DNA of 63,807 nucleotides, filler included, from Chrysochromulina tobinii (taxonomy: Eukaryota): the NCBI GenBank assembly GCA_001275005.1. It is 7 parts of 7 records of this genome, joined end to end, with 100 filler letters (N's around TTAATTAATTAA, not from the genome) between each part and the next. Parts side by side here need not be neighbours in the genome. Positions count along the whole stretch, not along the records: positions 22,421 to 36,008 come from JWZX01000964.1; 6 more parts are not named here. One strand, given 5' to 3'. The notes beneath the pieces were generated by a model. That model saw nothing but the letters and a program-made list of their open reading frames with translations. It made no database searches and was not told the DNA's origin. Positions 23,406-34,776 of the stretch are shown piece by piece; within the stretch, counting starts at the first letter, position 1; every line of letters starts with the position of its first letter. The position numbers and the translations under genes are program-made.

Positions 23406-24077
23406 ATGCTGTACAAAGTCGCTGTGTTGGCGCTGATCGGCACGAGCGAGGCGTTCGCGCCAACGTCCACGGCACGGCCACTGTCGTGCCGTACCAGCGG
23501 CGTTCACATGATGCAGGCGTACGACGATTTTCGCTTCGGCTCTGGCCAGCGCAAGGAGAAGCAGATTTATGGCGGGACGGCCGCGTTTGCACCAACCGCT
23601 TCAGCTCAGCAGCCGAGATATGCACAGCCGCAGGCGCCAACACCTGCCATGCAACCTCCTGCATCTGCCATGCAGCCTCCGGCACAGGCGTACAACATGC
23701 AGCCTCCGGCACAGGCCTACACCATGCAGCCGCCAGCAACTGCTTACGCCATGCAGCCGCGGGCGCAGACCTTCAACGTGCCGCCGGATGTGACCGACTT
23801 CCGCTTCGGCCGCGGGCAGTGGGGCGAGATCTCTCGGGGAGGCACCGGGTATGAGAGGGGCCTGGGTTCCAACCCAGGGCAGAGGTACGTCGACCCACAA
23901 GATGCATTCCGTTTCAGCTCGGGGTCCGTGAAACCTACAGGCGGTCACCGCTATGGCGGAACGGCCGCGTTCCAGCCCACCACGTGGGAGCAGCAGCAGA
24001 TGCAGATGCAACAGCAGCAGATGCAGATGCAGATGCAGATGCAGGATCAGATGCATCAGCAGCAACCGGCGGAGTGA
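23406..24077 (+). CDS. putative plastid-targeted low-complexity repeat protein (223 aa)
   Basis: Signal peptide ending SEA-FAP (ASAFAP-like), repeated FRFG/S and GGT motifs, MQPPA repeats and a QM-rich tail. Confidence 0.75.
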   Translation: MLYKVAVLALIGTSEAFAPTSTARPLSCRTSGVHMMQAYDDFRFGSGQRKEKQIYGGTAAFAPTASAQQPRYAQPQAPTPAMQPPASAMQPPAQAYNMQPPAQAYTMQPPATAYAMQPRAQTFNVPPDVTDFRFGRGQWGEISRGGTGYERGLGSNPGQRYVDPQDAFRFSSGSVKPTGGHRYGGTAAFQPTTWEQQQMQMQQQQMQMQMQMQDQMHQQQPAE

Positions 24078-25004
24078 ACGAGAGCGCGAAATTTGTGTTC
24101 CAGATCCATGATTCCATGTGCTTACGGTCGTGGCGGTGGAGAAGCGGCAAGGCAACGAGTAGTATGGGATTGGTAACTGCGTGCGCAGTGGAGAGCGAAC
24201 CACGTGTAGTTCTAATGAGACCGCATGAAATCCCGATGAAAAAATCCCGGCCAGAGTGAGAGAGTAATGAGAGAGTCGCAGTCGCAGCTCGCAGGCGCCT
24301 GGCGCAGACCGTGGAGACGACCCGGGAGTCGCAGTCGCGAGTCGGGAGAACCGGGAGAGGTGAGACAGGAGTGCACACGTCGTGCACCGGTTGGTCCACG
24401 CGCCGGAATCCGGAAACCGTCGGATAGTCTGTCGTCTCTCCGACCGCGCCGCCGTCGTCACGCGACGGCGGCGTCGAGTGACTTCTTTTACGGCCGCTCT
24501 CTCGCGAGACCGAAACCGAAACGCGCCGGGACGCCGACCGGGGCGGCGCGGGGGGGTGCGCGTCCCCGCGGCGGGGTGCGCCCGGTCCCCGGTGCGTCGG
24601 CTCGGCGATGTGCGAACCGGGGCCGCCGCGCGGGCGGAAGCGCGCGAGTTACCTTTCGCCGCCAACGTGCTTGCACTTGGCCCGCGGCGCCGCGGGCTCC
24701 TTCTCCTTGCGCGCGTAAAAGGTAAATTCGCGCCAGTACGACGGTCGACGCGCGACGTAACTATAGTCTATACGGTGAACGTCTGAACGAAACGAGAGTA
24801 TGTAACAGCCGACACGCCCCGTTGCCAGTGTGTTGGGTTGTCATTGAGTTTGAAACCATGTCGTAAAAATGTCGTTAATACGGAACCGTAAGTAATACGG
24901 CCGGGCGCCGTCGGTAAGGCGGCTTGGCGCTTGGGCCGGTGCCTCCGGCGGCTCGCGCGCGCCGTCCACAAACTAAGTTACCTCGAGTGGCGACGCGACT
25001 CTTG

Positions 25005-25616
25005 TCATCCTAGCGCGCCACCCCGTGCACGGCGCAGGTAGCTCTCAAACGCTTTGGGCTCGTTGGCACCGCCCTCGCCTAGGCATTTGCGCAACAGCTC
25101 GTTTTCCGCTTGCAACTCGCGGATGTTGCGGCTCGACTCGCCCTCAGTAACGAAGTCGGTCAGGTTCGCCATGTACGGTTTCATATCGCGACTGCGGCCG
25201 GCCGCTTCGAGTTTGAATGGAGCGCTGGCGATCGCGGCTGACCACGACGCATCCTCAGCAGACGGCGCGCCTGCCTTGCTGCCCTTGCCTCCCTCCTTGC
25301 CACTGGCCTCGAGGGGTTCCTTCGTGGTCGTGATGGCCTCCTCGAGCTCGCGCAGCTCGCGCGCATGACGCTCTTTGGCGACCTCCTCCGCGAGAAACTC
25401 CTTGGCGCGGCTGCTCACGCGTTCCTCGCGCTCGCTGCGCCACCGCCGCTCCTCGAGCACGTTTTCCATCGTGTGAAGCGGAGTTTCGCGGAAGTCGGTG
25501 ATAAGCGCTTCGTCGAGGAATTTCTCAATGTCCGCTTCGATCACAGCCGCCTCCGACGCGATGTCGCTGGCGCACGCGCGGAGAGCGGGCGCCGAGAGCG
25601 GGCGCTCGGCATCCAT
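25005..25616 (-). CDS. hypothetical protein with coiled coil (203 aa)
   Basis: ATG-started ORF with protein-like composition, head-to-head with the DUF2009 gene. Confidence 0.6.
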   Translation of the reverse strand: MDAERPLSAPALRACASDIASEAAVIEADIEKFLDEALITDFRETPLHTMENVLEERRWRSEREERVSSRAKEFLAEEVAKERHARELRELEEAITTTKEPLEASGKEGGKGSKAGAPSAEDASWSAAIASAPFKLEAAGRSRDMKPYMANLTDFVTEGESSRNIRELQAENELLRKCLGEGGANEPKAFESYLRRARGGALG

Positions 25617-25711
25617 TTTGACCGTTGCTCTCGGCGTTCCCTGAATTCACATGAACGATGCTTCGCACGAACTTCATGAGGTCACGCTCGCCAGTCGGTG
25701 GCTTGGAGTTC

Positions 25712-27091
25712 ATGGCGCTGAGCCAACGCGCCGCGTTCATACCCCTACGCCTCTCCGAGGACGAGCGCTCGTTGCTACGCGTGCTCGAGGGCGCGCTCGC
25801 CGTGAGTGAGTACACCGACAAGGTCGACATCCTATCCTACAGGAATGACAAAGCGGCGCGCGTGCAGGAGCAGCTGGGCAACGTGCTGGCGGCGGTATCG
25901 GGCATGGTGGTCGCCGCGCTGGGCAATCGCGGGCAGCAGCTCGTGCAGGGTCGCACACTGCCCGAAAACTTTGACCTCTTCTGCGCCGTCTTCGAGGTCG
26001 GCCGCCGTTATAAGGTGATGAACCCGGACAAGATGCGCTCGACCTACGGCAAGCTCATGCACATGCTGCAGGACGCGCAGTCGACCGAGATCCAGCACGC
26101 CATCGGATTCCGCGTCGTCCGCGCGATGCTCACGGTGCGGCGTGAGCTCGAGGACATGAGTGCGACCGAGCTGCTCGAGGACGCCGACCTCGAGGCAGCC
26201 GTCCGTGCCGTGTTGCCGGGCGAGTCGGCCGAGGCGAAGCGCGAGGCGACGACGCGGCTGGTGGCCAAGTACGGCGGTGGCGACGCCGCCGCGTGCGCGC
26301 GCATCGAGCGAGTGCTCGTCTCGCTCGCCGACGACGAGGCGCTCACGCTCGCGCACGTGGCGCCGGTCGAGCGCATGCTGCAGCTGCTGCACGACGAGTT
26401 CGATCCAACGAGCGCCGAGAAGGGCTTCTCGCTCGCGATTAGCGCGGGCCGACAGGGCGCACGCCTCACGCACTCGCACGAGATGCAGTTCGCGTACGTC
26501 GAGCAGTCGCTCCGGCTCTGGGGTGCGATCCTCTCGCAGCTGCCTCAGATGTGGTCGCTCGCGGAGGCGGATCTTCTCGACGGAGGTGGTTACCGGCTAC
26601 GCGACACAGGACAAGGGATCCATCGCGTGCAGGCGGCGCCGCACGTGGGCCGGTTTATGCACCATGTCCTCAGTCGGCTTCAGTCGCAGTGCAAAGGGGA
26701 TTGGGTGGGCTCCTCGGCGGTACATCTAGGCGACAACGACGTGCCGAATGCCCTAGTGTGGATTGACAAATACACGCAGATCCCGCGCATCCTCGAACCG
26801 ATCTTGGCATGCATCGATGGTCTCGAGCGGCTCGCCGACGCGCCTGGCATGCTGGCCTACATCGAGGGCGGCTGGGGCGATGTGCGCAGCCTACGAAAGT
26901 CGATCCTAGGCGACTTTTTCCGCCACGCTTTCGACGGGAGTGGCGCCGATAACTTCTACGACGCGGGCTCGTGCATCGACGGACGACTCACCTCTGCCTG
27001 GAACTGGTGCTCGAAGCTGCCCAAGAAGAACTACCAGCACATCTTCAAGATGACGGGCTTCGTAGGCTTCGACGGCGAGTTCACCAAATAG
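25712..27091 (+). CDS. UPF0652/DUF2009 family protein
   Basis: FIPLRLSEDERSLLRVLEGALAVSEYTDKVD, FEVGRRYKVMNPDKMRSTYGKL, HLGDNDVPNALVWIDKY and AFDGSGADNFYDAGSCIDGRLTSAWNWC. Confidence 0.85.
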   Translation: MALSQRAAFIPLRLSEDERSLLRVLEGALAVSEYTDKVDILSYRNDKAARVQEQLGNVLAAVSGMVVAALGNRGQQLVQGRTLPENFDLFCAVFEVGRRYKVMNPDKMRSTYGKLMHMLQDAQSTEIQHAIGFRVVRAMLTVRRELEDMSATELLEDADLEAAVRAVLPGESAEAKREATTRLVAKYGGGDAAACARIERVLVSLADDEALTLAHVAPVERMLQLLHDEFDPTSAEKGFSLAISAGRQGARLTHSHEMQFAYVEQSLRLWGAILSQLPQMWSLAEADLLDGGGYRLRDTGQGIHRVQAAPHVGRFMHHVLSRLQSQCKGDWVGSSAVHLGDNDVPNALVWIDKYTQIPRILEPILACIDGLERLADAPGMLAYIEGGWGDVRSLRKSILGDFFRHAFDGSGADNFYDAGSCIDGRLTSAWNWCSKLPKKNYQHIFKMTGFVGFDGEFTK

Positions 27092-27448
27092 CTCTCTGCT
27101 CGCGCGTCTGGACGTCTTCGGCGGAGGAGCTCTGATCTCGCGACTGGACGTCTCCGGCGGGCGGATGGGCGCCATGATGGGCGCTCACCATGGCGCTCAT
27201 GCTCCTAACACTCCCCGCGAATGCGAAGACGCTCTGTTGGACGCTCCGGCCCTCACGCTCCGCCCGACATGGCGCTCAACACCGTTCCGGCTCCGGTGCG
27301 GACCGCCGCGAGCGGTACGGATGGGTCAACCAGACCGTACGCGTCTCGTGTCTCGGCCGGGAGCAGTGTATCTTTATATAACAATGCTCGCGCTAGCACG
27401 AAAGAACACAACGCTAAGCCGTTACTTTCTCAAGAGAGCGAACGGGAG

Positions 27449-27847
27449 TCAAGAGACGCTTTGGCCTCCGTCCGGCTTCTTCTTCTTCTTCTTGACGCGG
27501 CCCGCATCCGCTGCGGACGAGCTGGGGCTCCCGGCCGCCGCGCCCTCCTCCTTCTGATCGTCCTCCCCCGTCCCGGGCACCGCTGCCTCCACGGTCTCCG
27601 GCTCGGCTGCTGGTGCTGCTTCCGCGGCCACCACGGCCTCTGCGGCCACCACGGCTTCCGCGGCCACCACGGCCTCTGCGGCCACCACGGCCTGTGCGGC
27701 CACCGGCAATGGCTCGGCGGCAGGGGCGTTCATGAGCCGCGGCCGATCGGGCGACACACCAAGCAGCCCCAGTGGCTCGAGGCCATCGTCGTCCTCGACC
27801 TCGTCCTCGGCCTCGCCGCCGGCACGGCGGCCGCCAGCAACAGCGGC

Positions 27848-27878
<31 letters not shown>

Positions 27879-29588
27879 GCGCTCGCGCTCGCACTCGCGT
27901 GCGGATCTAGCTTATGGAGCAGCGGTTCGTCAGCTAGGGTGAGCTCGTCTTCATCTGCACGCTCGAGTGCACCGCAGCTGAGCCCCCTCCTCGTGCTTCC
28001 TCGTGCCGCCGCTACGGCCCCCGCCGCGTACGCCGCGTGCGACAGCGGGGGCAGCGGGGGCAGCGGAGTGGTGCGCAGCAGGACCACTGTGTGCCACGCG
28101 CCGCATGCGACCTCGGAGGCGAGGTGCGGCAGCGGCACCAACCGCGGACTGGTGTGGCGCGCGGCCGAGCCGGCGACCTCGGCTTCGTCCTCGCCCTCCG
28201 CCGCCGCCGCGGTGTGGGGACTGGAGCCCTCCGCCGTGACGAAGCCCGTATACTCACCGGCGGGCGAGATGGCGGCCGTTGGGCCGCGGGAGGGCGAGGC
28301 AGCAGCAGCACTTGCACGTGCGGCTTCGATGGCGGAATTGAGGCGCATGTGCCCGAGCTGACCATACGTGTCATCGCCGCACGTGAGCAGCTTACCTGCC
28401 GTGCTCACGAAGGCCGAATGCGCCGCGCCCGCCGCGAGCGCGCAATACGGGCCGTGGTCGAGCAGGCTCGAGATCGCATGCGGGCGGAGTGCCATCTCCC
28501 CGATCTCGGGCGCGCCGAGTTGGGCACTTCGGTTGTCGCCCCAGCCGAAGACGAGCCCATCAGCAGTGCTCGCGAGCGAGTGTGAACGCCCCGCGGCCAG
28601 GCCCTCCACCCGCTCGCGCTCGAGCGCCTGATGCGAGATTACGATCACGAGGCGATCACGGGCACTCAGATGCGATCACGGGGCACTCAGATGCCATCGG
28701 ATGCAATCAAGAGGCAATCACCTCGATAAGGGCGGGCGTGCTGCCGTCACGCTCGGAGCCACGCCCGAGCTGGCCGCAGTCGCCAGCACCCCATGAGTAG
28801 CACAGGCCCGCCTCCGTGGCCGCGAGCACGTGTCGCCAGCCGCATGCGAGCGCCACCACCGCTTGTCCGGCGAAGAGGCTGCGAGGCAGAGGGCGTGGCT
28901 CCGCGGCGTCGCGTTCGGAGCTCGTGCGACCTAACCGTCCGTTGGCGTCGCACCCCCACGTGAAGACCTCCCACGTGTCGCGAGCGAGAGCGGCCGAGAA
29001 GTGCTCGCCCGCGCGCACGCATGCCATGCGCGGGAGCATCTTGGACGCCGACATGCCCACCGGCGGCTGAAGCGCTTTGGGCTCTGTCAGGTCCGCATCG
29101 GCTATTCGTCGGGTGCCGCCGACGCTGGTGCCGATGCCGTGTCCGAGCTGGCCGGCCGCAGCGCGGCCCCAGCTGAAGAGGTGCCCGGAGACCGACACCG
29201 CGAGCGTGTGGTTGCGCCCGCCTGCTGCCCCGGCCGCGAGCTCGCCGAGCAGCGCGACCGGCGCCACGTCGCCGACCACGGCGGTCGTCACCGCACCGAA
29301 CGGGTGCTCGGCGACCTTGGGTCGGCCGAGCTGGCCGCCACTGCCCGCACCCCACACGTAGAGCTCACCCGTCACCGTCACCGCCATCGTGTGGAACAAG
29401 CCCGTGCCGATGGCGCGCGGCGACGTTGGCAGCGTGACGAAGTGCATGCTGCTGCTGCTGCCGCCGCCGCCGCCGCTGCTGCTCGAGGCAGCGGCAGCAG
29501 AGGCGGTTGCGCCCGTCTGCGCAGCCGGCGACGGCGCAGAGCCGAGCTCGCCGTTCGCATTGCGCCCGATGCAGCAAACGAGTGACAT
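27449..29588 (-). CDS. RCC1-repeat beta-propeller protein; complement(join(27449..28627,28722..29588))
   Basis: About 7 RCC1 repeats (e.g. ACGWRHVLA..YSWGAGDCGQLG). The GT-AG intron at 28628-28721 restores the frame. Confidence 0.88.
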
Positions 29589-30145
29589 GAAAATAGCCGC
29601 GAGTATGAAGGCAAGCAAAGGCAAGGCGAGTCATTCACACCGACACCGTCACGTTCACAGTCCCGTCGGCCCACTGACGCAACCGACAGAAGATATGCGC
29701 CTACACATGTACCTATAAACCCTTTGCCCCAAACCATCCAATCCCTGCGGTGCATCCGCGGATCCGCACGTCCATCTCCCGTCCCGGCAGTTGATACGCC
29801 GGCAGTGCCGGCGAGGCGGCGGCCTCCTCTTTGTCAACAGGCTTCGTCGCCAAGGTGGTGCCCTCCTAGTGGCCTCCTCTTTGTCCGCGCATTCCCCCCA
29901 TGATTCCCCTAGCCCTACGCCACAGTCGTCATCACGTTCCTTCTTCAGAACGGCACGGGCCTCGAGGACAATCTGGGCCTGAGCGACAGAGGCCTTGCCA
30001 GGGCAGGTCACGCTCTTGCCAGAGCCGGCCATGCAGACGGTGACGAGTTTTCATGAAGAGCTTGCCCCTCTCCCCGCTTTCTCGCTCTCTCGGCGCACTC
30101 TATTCTGTTTGGCGAGCGCTCACTTGACGCTGAGCAGCGCCAGGA

Positions 30146-33085
30146 TCAAAAGTCGCCCCCATTGGCGTCCCTCAGGTCGTCGGGCGGCTTGTACTCTGGC
30201 ATATCAGCCTCTTTCGGCTCGGGGACACGGCCCCCTTTTGCAAGCAGGGCGCTCGTGTCTATGAGCCACGACTCGAGGTTCACGCGGGCTGCAACCTCCT
30301 CGGCCGGGTAGCCTTGCCCGGAGACCTTGTCGCGGATTTTGGCTAAGTACGTCGTTTGGAGGAATGTCAAAAGCTCCACGAATTGCGTGGGGCGCGCGGC
30401 GTGTAGCGCGTGCGCGCACGGCTTGAGGAACGCAAGTAGGATGGTCGCGGTGATGTTCCCCGGCGGATGGTTGAGCAACCGGGCGAGCCACGCCCATGCG
30501 CGCGCCATGGGCGAAACCCCCTTGGGTGCAAAGCCTCCTTGCACCGGACGCGTCAGCATCTTAGCGTCTGGTCTGGCCCAATCGAAATGCGCGTTTCCGG
30601 CCGACTGCGGCGGAAATTGGGCAATCGACAACTGCTGAAGCAGCGCGGCGTACAGCGTCACGTACCCCACCATGCGCGCGTAAAAGTCCTTCTTGGTCTC
30701 ACCCTGCTTGTAGCCAAGGCGCTTCATAAACTCCTCCGTGTTGCCGGTCGTATTTTCCGGGTAGTAAGGGACGCAGTAGCAGCACGAGGCCTGCAGGCGC
30801 GCGAGAAGGCACTCCCAAAGCACCGGGCACCTTTCGCCCACATGCAACACGAAGCCCGACAGCGCGTACGCCATCCCCGGCTGCTTGTCTACCATCGTCG
30901 TGCACGTATCGATCACCTGCGTGGCGATGGTGGCACACACGGCACGTTCCCCCTCGGGGCCAGTTTGCGATGCACTGGCCAGTTGGCGAAGCACCAATTC
31001 GGCGCGCTCCCAAACGACGTAACGCACGCGCACGAGCTGCCCCACAAGCATCTTGGCCTGTCGCGACTGTAGCTTTGCATGCGTCTTCGAGCGCGCCTCG
31101 TCCTGCTGCGCAATGCGCTTCGAGCCCTCCCACTCCGTAAGACGCCCCGCCTCGTTAGTCTGATCGTCGATCGCACCCGCGGGCGCGGGAGCAGGTGAAG
31201 CAGCGCCATCGTCACCTTTGCCAAAGCTGCCGCCTTTGCTGCCGCCGCGGCGGCCGCCGCCGAAGCCGCGGCCGAAGCCGTGGCCGTAATCATTATCATC
31301 CTCACAATCATCTAGATCGTCAAAGCCGTTCACGCGGCCGCCACCTTTGCCCTTGCCGCCGCCTCCCTTGCCGCCACCGCCCTTGCCGCCGCCGCCACGG
31401 CCACCGCCATAGCCAGCAGCAAGAGCGCCGAACACAGCCACAGCGGGCGGTGCAGGCGTCTGGGCAGCGGGCGGTGGATCTTGTAGCCAGATGCGTGCGC
31501 CGTTTGGCATGTCGACGCAGACGCCGCCGGCGATCCGGGCGGCGAGAAGCATCGTGGCGAGCGCGCCGTCGCGCTCGATTGTGCTGTCGGTGCCGCGGCC
31601 TGGGGAGTCGGCACCACGGAAAGCTGCGGGTGCTCCGGCAGGTGTACCAGCGCCGCCGCCGCCAAACAGACTGGCAGCCGTAGCAGCGCGCGGAAACGCA
31701 GATGCAGCAGTGCCGCCGCCGCCAAACAGACCGCCCGCAGCCGCAGGTGCAGCAGCGCCGCCGCCGCCAAACATACCGCCGCCGCCGAACAGACCGCCCG
31801 CGGGCGCGGGTGCAGGAGCGGGGCCAAACATAAAGCCGCCTGCGGGCGCGGGCGTAGGTGCAGCAGCGCCGCCGCCGCCAAACAGACCGCCGCCGCCAAG
31901 CGTAAAGCCGCCTGCGACAGCGGTCGCGGGCGGGATGAATCGGGGGCAAGCGGGAGCGGTCGCCTGGGGAGGCGGCAGAGCCTCCGCTTGGCGCATGAAC
32001 GGGTACGACGTGGTGCCATCAGGCGGCTTCGCGAGCTTGTTGAGGACGGTCCACGCGATCAAGCTCCCATGCGAGGTGAGCGCCCACACGACCGGCGCAG
32101 GCGGGAACTTCTCCTCGCCAGCTATGAGCCCGACTTGCTCGGTGCCGGTCAAGTCAAGTGCGAGGCCCATTACGTACTGGTCCTCGAGGCCGACGCCATT
32201 TGCTTCGTCCTCAAAAGTGGGCACCGACGGGGCCCCGTCTTCGTCACGCAAGGTCCACCGCTGCCAGTTGAAGTCCTTCGGGTTGCGCATCCCAACGCAG
32301 CAAACATCCCAGGAGTCGGAGCTGAACGCAACTGCAAGGCGCCAAAAGGGCAGCGTGATCGCATGGAAGCGTCGGCGAGGCGGCTGGCCGCTGCTCGGAT
32401 CCTCGCGTGCCGGCATGCATGGGCTGCACGCGGTGCCCTCACAGCCTTGCAGCTTGCCGTCAGCGAGGTCGAGCGCTGCCACTTTCGGAGCATCCGGCTC
32501 GTCCATGGGCTCATAGGTGAGAAGCACGATGGGGCGTTTGACAAGAGGGTCAGGAGCTTTGACGGCAAGGGGGCGAACGAGCCCCAGCTTCGCTGGCCCA
32601 CCGATCGAGGCGTGCGGCGCGTCGGCCAGCGTCACACGCCTGGCGCCGTCCTCGGGGGCGAAGCGCACCACCTGACCTACATCCGAGCCGCAGATGAGGC
32701 TCTGCCCGTCTGACGCCCACGCAGCCGAGCAGAGCGTCGGATCGCGCGCGACGCAGCAGCAGGTGGCGGCAGCAGAGCCCGGCAGCGCGAAGGTCATCAC
32801 GTGCAGTTCGCCTTGGTCGTCGAGCGCGAGAGCGCGCAGCGCTCCTGGTGCTGGGCTCCATTCCCACATGAGGAGCTCACCGGCGCCCGGAAGAGGCTGC
32901 GTGATGACGGGCGCCAGGCCATGGCCGCCGCCGAGTACGGTAGCCACCTCGAAGACGGCTACCGTGCGGTTCGAGCACAGCGCGAGCCAGGTGTCGTCGG
33001 CACTGAGGGCGAGCGCGCATGGTGGCGAGTCGAGCTGAGCAGCGGTTGAGTCCTTGAAGATCTCTGAGGATCTCTTTACGGCCAT
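30146..33085 (-). CDS. Nup214/Nup159-like beta-propeller + FG repeats + Gle1 C-terminal domain fusion (5' end uncertain)
   Basis: Propeller: ALALSADDTWL..FEV and GLALDLT..KFPPAPVVWALTSHGSL. GGLFGGGG repeats. Gle1-like: LLARLQASCCYCVPYY..FMKRLGYK..FYARMVGYVTLYAAL..AWAWLARLLN..QFVELL. Confidence 0.75.
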   Translation of the reverse strand: MAVKRSSEIFKDSTAAQLDSPPCALALSADDTWLALCSNRTVAVFEVATVLGGGHGLAPVITQPLPGAGELLMWEWSPAPGALRALALDDQGELHVMTFALPGSAAATCCCVARDPTLCSAAWASDGQSLICGSDVGQVVRFAPEDGARRVTLADAPHASIGGPAKLGLVRPLAVKAPDPLVKRPIVLLTYEPMDEPDAPKVAALDLADGKLQGCEGTACSPCMPAREDPSSGQPPRRRFHAITLPFWRLAVAFSSDSWDVCCVGMRNPKDFNWQRWTLRDEDGAPSVPTFEDEANGVGLEDQYVMGLALDLTGTEQVGLIAGEEKFPPAPVVWALTSHGSLIAWTVLNKLAKPPDGTTSYPFMRQAEALPPPQATAPACPRFIPPATAVAGGFTLGGGGLFGGGGAAAPTPAPAGGFMFGPAPAPAPAGGLFGGGGMFGGGGAAAPAAAGGLFGGGGTAASAFPRAATAASLFGGGGAGTPAGAPAAFRGADSPGRGTDSTIERDGALATMLLAARIAGGVCVDMPNGARIWLQDPPPAAQTPAPPAVAVFGALAAGYGGGRGGGGKGGGGKGGGGKGKGGGRVNGFDDLDDCEDDNDYGHGFGRGFGGGRRGGSKGGSFGKGDDGAASPAPAPAGAIDDQTNEAGRLTEWEGSKRIAQQDEARSKTHAKLQSRQAKMLVGQLVRVRYVVWERAELVLRQLASASQTGPEGERAVCATIATQVIDTCTTMVDKQPGMAYALSGFVLHVGERCPVLWECLLARLQASCCYCVPYYPENTTGNTEEFMKRLGYKQGETKKDFYARMVGYVTLYAALLQQLSIAQFPPQSAGNAHFDWARPDAKMLTRPVQGGFAPKGVSPMARAWAWLARLLNHPPGNITATILLAFLKPCAHALHAARPTQFVELLTFLQTTYLAKIRDKVSGQGYPAEEVAARVNLESWLIDTSALLAKGGRVPEPKEADMPEYKPPDDLRDANGGDF

Positions 33086-33699
33086 CTCTCGAGCCACATC
33101 AGAGATCTTATCGCGAGGAACTCCTGCTTCCCTTCGGCTGCAAAAGGCGAACACTTGAGAAGTGCTTCCCTTTCGAAGTGCTTGAGAAGATCGGCCGCCT
33201 CACTAATTTAACGTCAGATCTGGCCCCCCCCCCGGGCCCTCCGAGCCCCGCGGGCCCCCCAGGAGGAGGCCCGCACCGGACCCCGCACCCAAGATCGCCA
33301 CGGACGAGAAGAGCTCGATGAAAAGTGGCGACGGGTCGCCCTCTCAAGTAAGTAAGCTCGATGGACGGAAGTGCGTGTAGAAATCACACACTTTCACATT
33401 CACAGTTGCACACATACACCATGTGGCGTGTACCGCACGGCGCGGCCCGCGGGCGGTCTAGATAGTTACCGGTACTAGAAGGGTTACATGCCTACATGAT
33501 TACATGTACGGTGAGCACTTGAACTCTGAAGCTCATTGCGGACGCGGCGAGAAGAATGGTTGGGGGGGTGTATGTGTATGGGAATGGAATTTAGGGCTGA
33601 CCTTCGACGCCCACAATCTCCACTCGATCTTATTCCCGAAACAGCAAGTTCCCTTCCTCGGACAGGTCAATCAAAAGGGGGGTGTGCGAGGGGGGCTTC

Positions 33700-34632
33700 A
33701 TGGCGGCCTTCGCCGCGCCGCGCGTCCGGCGTCCCTCCTACACCTCGACCGTGTCCTCCTCGGACAGCATCGACGAGGCACTCGCTTCCGTCTACTTCAA
33801 ATACGGTCGCTTTGGCTCGACGGGGAACCCCTCCTTCCGCTCCCGTGAGTTTGTCAAGATCGTCAGGGAGGCGGGCCTCATGGACAGCCGGTTCAACATT
33901 TACCCGCCCAACCGCGTCGATTTTGTCTACGCCTACGCCTGTGTGCACGGCCCGGGCGGCGCCAAGGGCAACAAGAACATGTCGCTCGAGCAGTTTGCGT
34001 ACGCCACGAAGGGCATCGCGCATGAGACGGGGCGGCCGCACGACGAGGTGCTTCGCGCTCTGCTGAGCGCGGAGCCGCAGCTCGGAACCGACTCGCTCTA
34101 CGATTCACCCGCCGCCTCGCCCGTGCCCTCGCCGCGCCCCATGCGTGAGGGCAGTCCCGCTGCGGAGACGTTTGCTCGTTTCCACGAGGGGTTTGGCAAT
34201 GCGGGGCGCCAGTCCGAGCTCACGAAGGCAGATGTGGTGCGGCAGATGTCGCCGCGCGTGCGCCCCCCCCGGCCGCCCTCGTCGACCGCCAGCAGCCCTC
34301 GTCGTCCGCCCATATCGCCCTTGTCGGCCGTCGGCGCTCTCGATGACGCGCGTGCATGGGCGGTAGTGGCCGCCACGGCATCCGCGCCCGCCCAAACAGC
34401 AGAGTGGGACTCAGCGCAGGGACATCGGGGGGTGCAGAGGCGGCTTGCGGACTTGGAGACGATGACAATGCCGCCGCCTCCACCGCCGCAGCCCTCACCT
34501 GTCGTGCTCAACGGGCTGCTCACCGGCTTCCAGCCCGATTATTCATATTCACACCGAGACTCGGTGCACGTGTCGCTCGCCCAGGAGCGCGCGCGGACGG
34601 AGGCGGAGGCCGCAGCCGCCGCCGCCGTCGAA

Positions 34633-34688
<56 letters not shown>

Positions 34689-34776
34689 CACCAGGCCCGC
34701 TCCAGCCAGTCCGTTTTCCCCACAGCCGTTGGCCCGTCGCTCAACCTTCGAAGCACCGATGCTCCGAAGCTCGTGA
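33700..34776 (+). CDS. p25alpha/TPPP-like domain protein with a low-complexity tail
   Basis: REFVKIVREAGLMD..RVDFVYA..KGNKNMSLEQFAYATKGIA matches the TPPP pattern. A (GCC)n poly-Ala run lies near the end. Confidence 0.65.

Noticed and set aside
33200..33356. Possible SINE-like insert ending in AAGTAAGTAAG upstream of the Nup214-Gle1 ORF
   Set aside because: No second copy, pol III boxes or TSD could be identified in this window.
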